A stretch of 59,777 nt of DNA, from positions 1 through 59,777 of IMG/VR virus record IMGVR_UViG_3300044825_002288; one strand, given 5' to 3'. Position numbers and translations under genes: made by a program. The DNA is from a virus (lineage: Duplodnaviria; Caudoviricetes). Positions 1-9,527 of the stretch are shown here, in pieces. Within the stretch, counting starts at the first letter, position 1. Each line of letters starts with the position of its first letter. The notes under the pieces were generated by a model. The model did no database searches. It was not told the DNA's origin and saw nothing but the letters and a program-made list of their open reading frames with translations.

Positions 1-62
1 GGGAGTCATCCACGGCGGTCATTAAGGCTACTGTCAAAACTGCTTTAACGATGGAGTAAATT

Positions 63-1217
63 ATGGCAGCAACTATTAACGGCGACGGCTTAATATCCCT
101 AGACGGTACACCATCAACTCAGGGTCGGGTGCGACTTGCTGAGGATACCGATAACGGGACTAACTATGTTGAGCTACAGGCGGCAACTAGTATTGCTTCT
201 AGTTTGACCTTTACTTTGCCTAACGCAGACGGCACTAGCGGTCAGGTATTACAGACCAATGGTTCAGGAGTACTGAGTTTTGCTACAGCCGCGTCAGCTA
301 ATTTCCAAGAGTTCACATCCTCTGGTACATGGACTAAGCCTTCAGGCGCAACATTTGTAATGGTTGAGGCGTGGGGTGCTGGTGGCGGTGGTGGTAGTGG
401 ATATAGGGGCGATGGATTAGGAATCCGTGGCGGCGGCGGTGGTGGTGGCGGCGGTGCTTTTACTCAAAGATTTTTTAAAGCCTCTGATCTTGGTGCAACA
501 GAAACCGTAACTATTGGCGCTGGTGGAACTGGAGGAACCGCTTCCACAGTAAATTGCAGCGCTGGTTGTGCGGCAACCGCTGGCGGTGATACAACTTTTG
601 GAAGTTGGCTAACTGCATTTGGTGGTGGTCGGGGTGGTGCTGGAACGGCTGGGGCAAATTCAGGAGGAGGTGGTGGTGGTGTATTAACTGCTGCTACAAC
701 TGCTAATGGAGGAGATCCATTTTCAAGACAGTGCGGCGCTACCACGGTTCAAGGCCAGTTTGGAGGCGGACTTGGACAAGCCGCAAGTCTTGGCAGACCG
801 TCAGGATGGGGTGGTGGTGGAGGCGGCTCTAATGGCGGTACTGGATCACCACAAGTGGGAGGATCTTCGTTTCAAGGCGGTCCCGGAGGCGGTTCAGGAG
901 GCGGACTAAACGCAGCTGGATGTGCTAGAGCAGGTTCTTCTGGAGGTGGAATTACTACAGCAGGCGGTAACGGAGCCGCTGGTGGTGCAGCCGCAGTTAA
1001 TGCTACTGCTAATGGGTCTAATGGAACCGCAGGTTCTGGAAGACAAGGTGCAGGAGGCGGTGGTTCTGGAGGGAATACTTCCGGCACAGGCGGAACCGGA
1101 GGAGCTGGGGGTCAGCCCGCAGGCGGTGGCGGTGGAGGTGGTGGCTCAACTAATGGTTCTAACTCCGGTGCTGGTGGAGCAGGTGGTGCAGGTCTTGTCC
1201 GTGTTTATACATGGTAG
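63..1217 (+). CDS. Gly-rich tail fibre/adhesin protein (A1)
   Basis: N-terminal fibre module (EDTDNGTNYV...TLP.ADGTSGQVLQTNGSG), then poly-Gly tracts with variable loops, ending [15 protein letters not shown] upstream. Confidence 0.8.
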   Translation: MAATINGDGLISLDGTPSTQGRVRLAEDTDNGTNYVELQAATSIASSLTFTLPNADGTSGQVLQTNGSGVLSFATAASANFQEFTSSGTWTKPSGATFVMVEAWGAGGGGGSGYRGDGLGIRGGGGGGGGGAFTQRFFKASDLGATETVTIGAGGTGGTASTVNCSAGCAATAGGDTTFGSWLTAFGGGRGGAGTAGANSGGGGGGVLTAATTANGGDPFSRQCGATTVQGQFGGGLGQAASLGRPSGWGGGGGGSNGGTGSPQVGGSSFQGGPGGGSGGGLNAAGCARAGSSGGGITTAGGNGAAGGAAAVNATANGSNGTAGSGRQGAGGGGSGGNTSGTGGTGGAGGQPAGGGGGGGGSTNGSNSGAGGAGGAGLVRVYTW

Positions 1218-1225
1218 GTGATCAA

Positions 1226-1465
1226 ATGAGATACGCAATTATTGAAAACGGAGTTGTGATCAATGTGGCCGAGGCAGACGCAGAGTTTGCCGCGCAACAG
1301 GGTTGGGTTGAGTGTCCAACCGCAGGCCCGGGATGGACTTATGCAAATGGAGTGTTTACAGCACCTCCTCCCGCTCCGATCCCAGAGCCTCCTCATGCCC
1401 CTACAAAAGAGCAGCTCATGGCTGAACTTGCAGCACTAACAGCAAAAATCCAAGCATTGGAGTAA
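1226..1465 (+). CDS. Small adhesin partner/chaperone-like protein, type X (MRYAIIENG...)
   Basis: ATG at 1226 after AGGTGA; directly follows the Gly-rich gene; near-identical copy at 59261-59500. Confidence 0.7.
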   Translation: MRYAIIENGVVINVAEADAEFAAQQGWVECPTAGPGWTYANGVFTAPPPAPIPEPPHAPTKEQLMAELAALTAKIQALE

Positions 1466-1468
1466 GAC

Positions 1469-2758
1469 ATGGCATCAATTATTAACGCATCATCGACCGG
1501 CTCTGGCGGTTTAATTAGCACTGCTGATGCCTCTGGTCAGTTAGAGCTTCAGGCAAACGGATCGACCAAACTAACGGTGACATCCTCTGGGGTGAGCATT
1601 ACCGGAGGTATTGCATCGCCTTTGGCCGTAACCGGAAACTCAACGGCTGGTGCTGAGATTCGATTACCGGAAGACACCGACAACGGCTCTAATTATGTGG
1701 CCCTGAAAGCAGCAGATAGCATTGCCAGTAATGTGACCTTCACCCTGCCAGCAGCCGATGGTACGAGCGGCCAAGTGCTTCAGACCAACGGATCTGGAAC
1801 GCTGAGTTTTGCTACACCGGCAGGTGCTAACTTCCAAGAATTTACATCCTCTGGAACTTATACCAAGCCCTCTGGCGCAACCTTTGTGCTTGTAGAGGCA
1901 TGGGCAGCGGGTGGTGGCGGAGGATCTGGTCAAAGATTTGCCGGAGGCGGAAATAGGTTTGGTGGAGCTGGTGGTGGTGGCGGTGCGTATGTTCAACGAT
2001 TATTTAAGGCTGCTTGTGTAGGAGCAACCGTAACCGTAACGATTGGCGCAGGCGGAGCAGGGGGAGCAGCACAAACAGTAAATACTTCAAATGGAAACAA
2101 TGGAGCTGCTGGCGGTAATACAACTTTTGGTTCGTTATTAACTGCTTATGGTGCTGGCGGTGGGGTTGGAGGACAAAGTAATACAGCCGGAGGTCACGGC
2201 GGCGGCGCATTAGCTAGTGGTGCTTGTGGTGGTCATCCGCGAGGAACCACAGGAGCTGTGTCATGTTCATGTGTTTGGGGTAATTTTGGTGGTGCGCTTG
2301 GTACTACTGTCACTGGTGGATCTAAAGCCGGTGGTTGGGGTGGTGCAAGCGGCGGGAGAACCACTATCGGTAATCCAGGAAATGCTGGTGGAGCAGCATT
2401 CCAAGGCGGCCCAGGCGGTGGTGCTGGTGGCGGCATAACTTGTGCTGATGCAAAACGAGCTGGCGGTGCTGGTGGAGGTAGTGTTTCAACATTATGTTGT
2501 GCGCGAGGCGGTGGTGGAGCCGGTGGTGCTGCTGCAGTTAATTCCTCAGGAAACGGTTCTGCTGGAACCGCAGGCTCTGGACGCCAAGGCGGTGGTGGCG
2601 GTGGATCAGGTGGTGAAGACAGCGGCACAGGCGGAACGGGTGGCGCAGGTGGTCAACCAGCCGGAGGTGGTGGTGGTGGTGGCGCTTCGACTAACGGATC
2701 AAATTCAGGCGCAGGTGGTGCCGGAGGCGCTGGTTTAGTTCGCGTCTACACTTGGTAA
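1469..2758 (+). CDS. Gly-rich tail fibre/adhesin protein (A2)
   Basis: Same architecture as A1 with a different N-terminus; [11 protein letters not shown]...GLVRVYTW body. Confidence 0.8.
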   Translation: MASIINASSTGSGGLISTADASGQLELQANGSTKLTVTSSGVSITGGIASPLAVTGNSTAGAEIRLPEDTDNGSNYVALKAADSIASNVTFTLPAADGTSGQVLQTNGSGTLSFATPAGANFQEFTSSGTYTKPSGATFVLVEAWAAGGGGGSGQRFAGGGNRFGGAGGGGGAYVQRLFKAACVGATVTVTIGAGGAGGAAQTVNTSNGNNGAAGGNTTFGSLLTAYGAGGGVGGQSNTAGGHGGGALASGACGGHPRGTTGAVSCSCVWGNFGGALGTTVTGGSKAGGWGGASGGRTTIGNPGNAGGAAFQGGPGGGAGGGITCADAKRAGGAGGGSVSTLCCARGGGGAGGAAAVNSSGNGSAGTAGSGRQGGGGGGSGGEDSGTGGTGGAGGQPAGGGGGGGASTNGSNSGAGGAGGAGLVRVYTW

Positions 2759-2767
2759 GGAATAGAC

Positions 2768-3127
2768 ATGAGATACGCAATCATTAAAGACGGCGTTGTT
2801 GAAAACATCGTAGAAGCCACGCCTGAAGTAGCAAGTGAAAACGGATGGGTTCAATGCCCTGAACACGATGATGAGCAAAACGCCATCAGTCCAAGATTCT
2901 TGTTTTCCAACAATAAATTTACCAAGCCTCCGAGAAACATAGAGGCTGAGTGGAACGCTGTCCGCGCCCAACGAAATGCTTTGTTAAGCCAGTCGGACTG
3001 GACGCAGGCATCTGATGTTCCGCAGGCAACAAAGGATAAATGGGCGGTGTATCGGCAAGCTTTGAGAAATATTCCTCAAACATTTTCCGACCCAAAAGAT
3101 GTGGTTTGGCCTACTAAACCGGAGTAA
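2768..3127 (+). CDS. Tail fibre assembly chaperone-like protein, type Y
   Basis: C-terminal WNAVRAQRNALLSQSDWTQ..D...W..YRQALR.IPQ...WP.KP is typical of phage tail assembly chaperone proteins; N-terminus is similar to type X. Confidence 0.8.
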   Translation: MRYAIIKDGVVENIVEATPEVASENGWVQCPEHDDEQNAISPRFLFSNNKFTKPPRNIEAEWNAVRAQRNALLSQSDWTQASDVPQATKDKWAVYRQALRNIPQTFSDPKDVVWPTKPE

Positions 3128-3130
3128 ATC

Positions 3131-3394
3131 ATGGCTAAAGACTTTCCTGATCTGACAGGCGATGGCAAGGTAACCCATGCTGATGTTCTGAAGGGCCGTG
3201 GCGTATTTAAAAAGGGCGGAAGCACGGACAAGTGGATTCAAAAGGCAATTTCTAAACCGGGTGCCTTAAAGAAACAATTGGGCGTTCCTGCCGACAAAAA
3301 GATTCCTGCCAAGACCCTAAATAAGGCTGCTAAGGCTCCGGGTAAGTTAGGTCAGCGGGCTAGACTCGCCAAGACACTGCGGGGTTTCGATTGA
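3131..3394 (+). CDS. Small basic protein (DLTGDGKVT loop + FKKGG + Lys-rich module)
   Basis: 87 aa ORF with RBS; the copy at 59504 differs mostly at synonymous sites, which supports coding. Confidence 0.8.
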   Translation: MAKDFPDLTGDGKVTHADVLKGRGVFKKGGSTDKWIQKAISKPGALKKQLGVPADKKIPAKTLNKAAKAPGKLGQRARLAKTLRGFD

Positions 3395-3661
3395 ATGGAA
3401 TGGCAAACCGTCATAAACATCGGCGGGGGTTCCCTCTTAGCCGCTCTAGGATGGTTTGCTAGAGAAATTTGGGACGCCGTGAAAGAGCTCCGCAGAGATA
3501 TGCACCGTATTGAACGAGATCTTCCCGACATCTATGCCAAAAAAGATGAGATGAGGGAGACCTTTAAAGAGGTGCGTCAGGATATGAATCAGGGATTCAA
3601 CAAAATTGAGTCCATGATTGGACAACTATTTGACAGGCTAAACAACAAAGCAGATCGGTAA
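3395..3661 (+). CDS. Putative membrane/coiled-coil protein in lysis region
   Basis: N-terminal hydrophobic helix followed by a heptad-like region. Confidence 0.65.
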   Translation: MEWQTVINIGGGSLLAALGWFAREIWDAVKELRRDMHRIERDLPDIYAKKDEMRETFKEVRQDMNQGFNKIESMIGQLFDRLNNKADR

Positions 3662-3725
3662 TGGGGTTGTGGACTTTTGCCTTTTTGGGTGTGTTGGTAA
3701 TTGTGCTTAGTTTTTCACTTGGAAT

Positions 3726-4148
3726 ATGGAGTTGGTGATGTTTGCAGACAAAGAGCTAAAACGAGCCAAAATCGACATAAAGGCAGAGTTAAATAGGCTT
3801 AATGCCCAACAAACCGCCAAAGAAGTCGCAGGAAAGTCAATTGGCCGATTCGGCCTTTTTTACATCACTCTGATCGTAATTATTGGCGTGGCGGCTAGCC
3901 TTCAGTTGGAAGAGGGCAAGATGGCCGCCGTAATGGGACTGCTGGGCGCCTCGCTTACAGCCCTGATCTCCATGATGAACGGGATTGCCGGGGCTACCCC
4001 AAAGCAAGAAAAACCCGAGTTTGAGATTATGAAGCAACTTATTGAGCATCTTGATCGGATGGCTGATCGTGACCCAATGACAGTCGATGTGGACGGAGAA
4101 AAGGTTACCGTCCGTAAAGGCGATAACGAAATTAAAACGGTGAGGTAA
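3726..4148 (+). CDS. Two-TM membrane protein (start may be 3738)
   Basis: Two hydrophobic segments; upstream of the holin-like gene. Confidence 0.6.
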   Translation: MELVMFADKELKRAKIDIKAELNRLNAQQTAKEVAGKSIGRFGLFYITLIVIIGVAASLQLEEGKMAAVMGLLGASLTALISMMNGIAGATPKQEKPEFEIMKQLIEHLDRMADRDPMTVDVDGEKVTVRKGDNEIKTVR

Positions 4149-4150
4149 TT

Positions 4151-4561
4151 ATGTTTCCTATAGCCGCTTTACTTGATGTTGGAATGAAAGTGCTGGATAA
4201 GGTCATGCCTGATCCGGCGGCCAAGGCTCAAGCCCAACTTGCCTTGATGGAAGCTAGTCAGAAGGGTGAGCTTGCCCAGCTTCAGGCTGATGTGAATGAG
4301 CAGATGGAGTTAACCAAGCGCCTTGAGGCCGACATGGCCTCGGATTCTTGGTTATCCAAAAACATCCGGCCAATGACATTGATATTCATTTTGATTGCTT
4401 ATTCTTTTTTTGCCGTTGGATCGGGAGTTAATTTTCAGGTCAATGAAAAATATGTGGAATTACTTGGTCAGTGGGGAATGTTGATTATGTCCTTTTATTT
4501 CGGCGGCAGAACGCTTGAAAAAATTATGGACATGAAATCAAAAAAGGAAGACAAGAAGTGA
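4151..4561 (+). CDS. Holin-like protein (GTA 3TM holin type)
   Basis: DSWLSKNIRP + TM segments + FYFGGRTLEK; adjacent to the endolysin. Confidence 0.75.
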   Translation: MFPIAALLDVGMKVLDKVMPDPAAKAQAQLALMEASQKGELAQLQADVNEQMELTKRLEADMASDSWLSKNIRPMTLIFILIAYSFFAVGSGVNFQVNEKYVELLGQWGMLIMSFYFGGRTLEKIMDMKSKKEDKK

Positions 4562-5007
4562 ACCCGCAAGACAAACTATCGGAGAACTTTACTTATGAAG
4601 AACTTACTCGCTCTGAAACAGCGGATCGTAACGGCTGGGAAAACATTCCTAACGAAGCTGAAATCGAAAATCTCCGCCGTCTGGCCGCGCTCCTCCAAGA
4701 AGTCAAAAAAGCGGTAGGCGGCAAACCGGTCATGATCAATTCGGCTTTTCGGTCGAAAAAGGTCAATGACGCCGTAGGATCGAAAGACACCTCCCAGCAT
4801 CGTTTGGGATGTGCTGCAGACATCCGAGTGCCGGGTATGCGGCCTCGGGAGGTGGTGGAGGCTTGTATCGCCGCCAAAGTGCCTTTTGACCAAATCATCC
4901 TTGAGTTTGATTCTTGGACTCATATCTCGGTGCCGAATACACCTCAGATGCAGGCTAGAGGCCAAAAGCTGATAATTGACAAACAGGGAACTAGGGCATT
5001 TTCATGA
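4558..5007 (+). CDS. Endolysin, peptidase M15A-type
   Basis: LSENFT..E, INSAFRS...N.AVG....SQH..G.AAD and W.HIS Zn-peptidase motifs. Confidence 0.85.
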   Translation: MNPQDKLSENFTYEELTRSETADRNGWENIPNEAEIENLRRLAALLQEVKKAVGGKPVMINSAFRSKKVNDAVGSKDTSQHRLGCAADIRVPGMRPREVVEACIAAKVPFDQIILEFDSWTHISVPNTPQMQARGQKLIIDKQGTRAFS

Positions 5008-5411
5008 GCACGGCCGTTAAATCTGACCCCTCTAAATGGAAGCGCATCGTCGCCTCGGTGAAAGCCTCGGGCAAGGGCGGCGCTCCGGGTCAGTGGTCGG
5101 CTCGGAAGGCTCAATTGGCCACCCAAAAGTACAAGTCCTCAGGCGGGGGCTATAAAGGGCCAAAAAAGGCCGATAACAGCCTCTCCCAGTGGAGCAAGCA
5201 GGAATGGGGTACCAAGTCTGGCAAGCCTTCTACGGTAGGTCCAAAAGCCACTGGGGAGCGGTATCTGCCCAAAAAGGCCATCCAAGGGCTTTCTTCGGCT
5301 GAATACGCCGCCACAACCCGCGCCAAGCGGGAAGGGAAGGCTGCCGGCAAACAGTTTGTCTCTCAGCCAAAAAGTATTGCTGAGAAAACCGCCAAATATA
5401 GGAGTTGGTGA
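5004..5411 (+). CDS. Basic conserved phage protein (DUF5872-like)
   Basis: GQWSARKAQL and ERYLPKKA motifs; Lys-rich. Confidence 0.65.
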   Translation: MSTAVKSDPSKWKRIVASVKASGKGGAPGQWSARKAQLATQKYKSSGGGYKGPKKADNSLSQWSKQEWGTKSGKPSTVGPKATGERYLPKKAIQGLSSAEYAATTRAKREGKAAGKQFVSQPKSIAEKTAKYRSW

Positions 5412-6046
5412 TGACAGTCGCCGCCGTAATGACCTATGACTCTTTGGTCAATGATATTTCGACTTATCTTGAGCGGACGGACACGGCCACCCTAGAGAAG
5501 ATCCCGACTTTCATTATGTTGGCCGAACAGGTTATTGCCTCAGAAATCAAGTTTTTGGGCAATCTGACGGTCCAGCAAAGCACTATGGTAGCCACCCAGC
5601 CAGTCATCGATAAGCCCGCTAGATGGCACAAAACGGTATCTATGAATGTGGTTGTGGCGGGGGAGCGCAGACCGGTCCTGCTTCGGAAGTACGAGTACCT
5701 CCGGGAGTACTGGCCGGACCCCACCCAAGTCGATGTGCCTAAGTTTTACTGCGACTATGACTATACCCATTGGTTAGTCGCCCCAAGCCCTGCCTCAAAT
5801 TACACCTTTGAGGTGCTTTATTACGAGCGGATTCAGCCCTTGGATTCCTCAAACCAAACCAATTGGTTCACGATTTATGCCCCCCAGGCCCTGCTCTACG
5901 GATCACTCCTGCAGGCCATGCCGTTTTTGAAAAACGACGATCGTATGCCTATGTGGCAGGCTCAGTACGACAAGATTATCAATACCTTGAAGACTGAAGA
6001 CCTCACCCGAATCGCCGATCGTCAATCAACAGTATTGGATTCATGA
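5411..6046 (+). CDS. Putative head-tail adaptor/tail tubular protein
   Basis: MTYDSL...I..YLER.D N-terminus and LLYGSLLQA.PFLK motif; first gene of the tail block. Confidence 0.6.
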   Translation: MTVAAVMTYDSLVNDISTYLERTDTATLEKIPTFIMLAEQVIASEIKFLGNLTVQQSTMVATQPVIDKPARWHKTVSMNVVVAGERRPVLLRKYEYLREYWPDPTQVDVPKFYCDYDYTHWLVAPSPASNYTFEVLYYERIQPLDSSNQTNWFTIYAPQALLYGSLLQAMPFLKNDDRMPMWQAQYDKIINTLKTEDLTRIADRQSTVLDS

Positions 6047-7287
6047 TGAGCTATAACTCGCCATTTACCGGTAATGTAATCCAGCCAACCGATGTGGCCT
6101 ATCGGGCCATTACGCTGTCTGCAAACCTTCAGCTTGAGTGGCCAATCAACGGTAACGCTACCAATGACTATGCCGCTAGGATCATGGATGTCACGGCAAC
6201 TGTGGGTAGCCTTACCCTTGAAATGCCGCCAGCCAATCAGGCATCCGTAGGTAACGATGCCCTGATCCGAAATGTCGGTCTAAATGCCTTTACCGTAGCT
6301 GACTACGATGGAACCACGATTGTCTCAATCGCCGCCGGTGAGGCTAAGTACATCTATATTGAAACCAACCCGGATGAGGCTGGTACTTGGGGTGTCATCG
6401 CCTTCGGTGTTGGAACATCAAACGCAGACGCCGGAACCTTGGCTGGATATGGGCTATTGGCGATCGCAAATACCCTAAATCAGTCTCACCCAGTAGCTAC
6501 TTATTCAAGCAACTTTACTTTAGATGATACCAACCGTGCTGAGTCGGTAGTTTGGACCGGTGGAGCTGGAACTCTAACTTTAACGCCTGCTGGAACACTA
6601 GGGAATAATTGGTTCGTACTGATCCGAAATAACGGAAGTGGAACTCTCACGATTGCCACCTCTGGCGGACAACTCATTGATTCGTCAACGACTTTAGATC
6701 TTCAGCCGACAGACTCATGCTTTGTCATTTCCTCAGGAACGGCGTTTTATAGCGTTGGCTTGGGTAGATCAACCCAGTTTAATTTCACTCAGCTTACAAA
6801 GGCGGTGACTACCGGAACCTATACTTTGACTCCGGTAGAGGCATCCAATGTCATTCAAAAGTACACCGGAACGCTGACCGGTAATGTCACAGTAGAGCTG
6901 CCTCAGACTATTCAGATTTATTACATCACCAATCAAACCGATGGAACCGGTGCAAATTACACCATCACCTTTACAACCGGTGTGCCTGGGTCCGGAACAG
7001 CAGTAATTCCTGCCGGGCAGCAAGCCATATTGCTTTGTGATTCTGTCAATTTATTAAATGCCTCAACCATTCTTGCCGGCATATCAAATATTCAGCTCGA
7101 TGATGGCACGGTTGGCGCTCCAAGCCTTGCATTCTCAAGCGAAGCCGACACCGGTATTTACCGTCCAGGTGCAGGTCAATTCGGAGTAACCGTATTGGGA
7201 ACCCAAAGATTTAGGGCGACTACTGCGGGTATTGTTGTGACCGGAACAGGAACCTTTTCAGGCGGTGTGCTTGGCGGGACTTTCTGA
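6043..7287 (+). CDS. Tail structural protein
   Basis: Beta-rich Thr/Gly composition, DGTVGAPSLAF..DTGIY fibre motif, C-terminal GGTF. Confidence 0.65.
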   Translation: MMSYNSPFTGNVIQPTDVAYRAITLSANLQLEWPINGNATNDYAARIMDVTATVGSLTLEMPPANQASVGNDALIRNVGLNAFTVADYDGTTIVSIAAGEAKYIYIETNPDEAGTWGVIAFGVGTSNADAGTLAGYGLLAIANTLNQSHPVATYSSNFTLDDTNRAESVVWTGGAGTLTLTPAGTLGNNWFVLIRNNGSGTLTIATSGGQLIDSSTTLDLQPTDSCFVISSGTAFYSVGLGRSTQFNFTQLTKAVTTGTYTLTPVEASNVIQKYTGTLTGNVTVELPQTIQIYYITNQTDGTGANYTITFTTGVPGSGTAVIPAGQQAILLCDSVNLLNASTILAGISNIQLDDGTVGAPSLAFSSEADTGIYRPGAGQFGVTVLGTQRFRATTAGIVVTGTGTFSGGVLGGTF

Positions 7288-9527
7288 TGACCCAAAAGGT
7301 TTTTGCTATCGATACCCTCGCTGGAATACAGCGGGACGGTACAGTATTTGATAAGCAGTTTTACAACGATGGCCGCTGGGTAAGGTTTCAGCGTGGCCGC
7401 CCCCGTAAGATCGGGGGATATCGTGTCATCTCTAATGAGCTAACAGGCCCATCGAGGGGTATTTGGGTCAACGCCCAAAATAACTTTAATTACATTTTCT
7501 CTGGTTATTCGGACGGACTTCAAGAGCTTGTCATTGACGATAACGGTGTGGGTGCTGGGGTGGTGAACTTCACGCTATCAGACTTCACCCCATCGGCATT
7601 AAATCTTTGGCAGTTTGATGGTTTTTACGATGTCGCTGGAGCAGGGGTTAGTTCGCTTGTCGCCCATCCAGGTCAAGACCTAGCGGCAATCGATAACACA
7701 ACAAACACCCCTGTTTTAATTGGTGACATCAACGGCACCACAATGAGTCAAATTGGTGTTTTTGATTTAAATGCAACCTTGGTAAATGGTTCGCCAAACA
7801 TAACTTTGGCCACGGCTAGCACTTTGGTTGGCGCTGGTCAGTCAGTGTCTGGAAACGGAATAGCGGCTAATACAACGGTAGTGTCTGTATCAGGCACAAC
7901 TGTAACGCTTTCACAAAACGCAACAATGTCAATTACCGATACAGTGACATTTAATAATAATGTATCGGTCTCCGGTGGTGTGGTCGTTTTGCATCCGTAT
8001 GTCTTTGTTTACGGAAACAATGGTCTTATAAGAAACTGCTCATCCGGAAACGCTCAGGATTGGGTCTCTGCAGATGCCAATGAGGTCAATGTAGCAACAG
8101 GCAAGATCGTTCAGGGTCTGCCAGTTCGTGGTGGTTCAAACTCTCCATCAGGGCTTTTTTGGTCAATTGACTCGCTAGTACGGGTATCTTACGCACCTCA
8201 ATCTTTGGGTATCCCAAATTCAGGAGATTTTGCTGCACCGACTTTTTGGCGGTACGACATTATCTCGTCCCAAACTTCAATTCTGTCATCTCAGTCGGTG
8301 ATTGAATATGACGGTGTTTATTACTGGTGCGGAGTAGACCGATTCTTGCTCTATAACGGTGTGGTCAAAGAGATTCCTAATCAGATGAATCAAAACTACT
8401 TCTTTGATAATCTGAACTACACCCAAAGACAAAAAGTTTGGGCAACGAAAGTTCCCCGATTTGGTGAGGTGTGGTGGTTCTATCCCAAGGGAAACTCAAC
8501 TGAGTGCAACGATGCCATCATCTATAACATCCGTGAAAACACTTGGTATGACGCTGGGACTGCTTTAGGCGCCCGTCGATCAGCAGGATACTTCTCTCAG
8601 GTTTTTGCTTACCCTGTTGAGGCTGATTGGGTAACTCTCCCGCAAGAAACAGTCTTGGTTGAGTCGATGAGCTATATCTTAGGTTTAGATAAGATTGGCT
8701 TGGACACCTATTACACAGAACTAAAAACCAATTTGCTTGTTACGGGAGCAGATATTCCGGCAAGCACCACCCTTACCGCCATACAGTCTAGCGGGGTTAA
8801 AACCCTAGGAACCTTGACGGCTGGATCGGGCTACACAGATGGAACTTATAACAATGTTCCATTTACTGGCGGTTCAGGTGCTGGAGCTACCGCACAAGAA
8901 ATCATAATAGTTGCCGGTCAAGTCATTTCGGTCACGCTTGGTGAGTATGGTGCTGCATATCAAATTGGCGACTCCCTGTCAGCGGATGATGCCGATCTTG
9001 GGGGTGGTGGAGGTGCTGGTTTTGCCATCGATGTAGATGCGCTTTATGTGATGGTTTTAAGCCTATCGAGCGCACCGACGGCTACTGACACCGCAGAATT
9101 AACTTTTTCAACCCCTGAGAATCGGATTGAGGTCTATCAGCACGAGATTGGGACTGACGCAATTAACGGCCAAAACATTACTGCAATTGAGTCTTATTTT
9201 GAGACCTCAGATCTTGGGTGGGTTGCCGGCGGCCCTTCCCAGCCATCAATGGACGGTGCGAATCGGTGGTTAAGGCTTGAGCGGATTGAGCCGGACTTTA
9301 TCCAAAACGGGCAGATGAGCGTAATCGTTACCGGACGGCCATACGCTCAGATTGAGGATCAAGACTCTAGCCCCTATGTCTTTGATCCGAACACCGGAAA
9401 GATTGATATGAAAGAGCAGCGCCGGGAACTACGGTTGCGGTTCATTTCTAATGTGGTCGGTGGCAACTATCAGCTGGGTCGTGTCATCCTTAACGCAGAT
9501 ATCGGCGATGTCCGAGGATACTCATGA
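7287..9527 (+). CDS. Putative tail nozzle/stabilisation protein with inserted beta domains
   Basis: 746 aa; DGRWVRFQRGRPRKIGG and FGEVWWFYP propeller-like motifs; located before the ejection genes. Confidence 0.6.
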   Translation: MTQKVFAIDTLAGIQRDGTVFDKQFYNDGRWVRFQRGRPRKIGGYRVISNELTGPSRGIWVNAQNNFNYIFSGYSDGLQELVIDDNGVGAGVVNFTLSDFTPSALNLWQFDGFYDVAGAGVSSLVAHPGQDLAAIDNTTNTPVLIGDINGTTMSQIGVFDLNATLVNGSPNITLATASTLVGAGQSVSGNGIAANTTVVSVSGTTVTLSQNATMSITDTVTFNNNVSVSGGVVVLHPYVFVYGNNGLIRNCSSGNAQDWVSADANEVNVATGKIVQGLPVRGGSNSPSGLFWSIDSLVRVSYAPQSLGIPNSGDFAAPTFWRYDIISSQTSILSSQSVIEYDGVYYWCGVDRFLLYNGVVKEIPNQMNQNYFFDNLNYTQRQKVWATKVPRFGEVWWFYPKGNSTECNDAIIYNIRENTWYDAGTALGARRSAGYFSQVFAYPVEADWVTLPQETVLVESMSYILGLDKIGLDTYYTELKTNLLVTGADIPASTTLTAIQSSGVKTLGTLTAGSGYTDGTYNNVPFTGGSGAGATAQEIIIVAGQVISVTLGEYGAAYQIGDSLSADDADLGGGGGAGFAIDVDALYVMVLSLSSAPTATDTAELTFSTPENRIEVYQHEIGTDAINGQNITAIESYFETSDLGWVAGGPSQPSMDGANRWLRLERIEPDFIQNGQMSVIVTGRPYAQIEDQDSSPYVFDPNTGKIDMKEQRRELRLRFISNVVGGNYQLGRVILNADIGDVRGYS

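Larger units (their letters stand above)
1..3404. repeat. Imperfect terminal redundancy, copy A (alternative allele of 56488-59777)
   Basis: nt 1-88 are identical to 56488-56575 and nt 3378-3404 to the last 27 nt of the window. The interior is homologous but mosaic. Confidence 0.95.

Noticed and set aside
464-2628. Pro-rich minus-strand ORFs (464-745, 872-1087, 2233-2628, and similarly 57371-57583)
   Set aside because: They are antisense shadows of Gly codon runs, with no RBS or independent support.
1-3404. Diversity-generating retroelement acting on the adhesins
   Set aside because: No reverse transcriptase ORF was recognised. Differences between copies are not adenine-specific and include indels and many synonymous changes.
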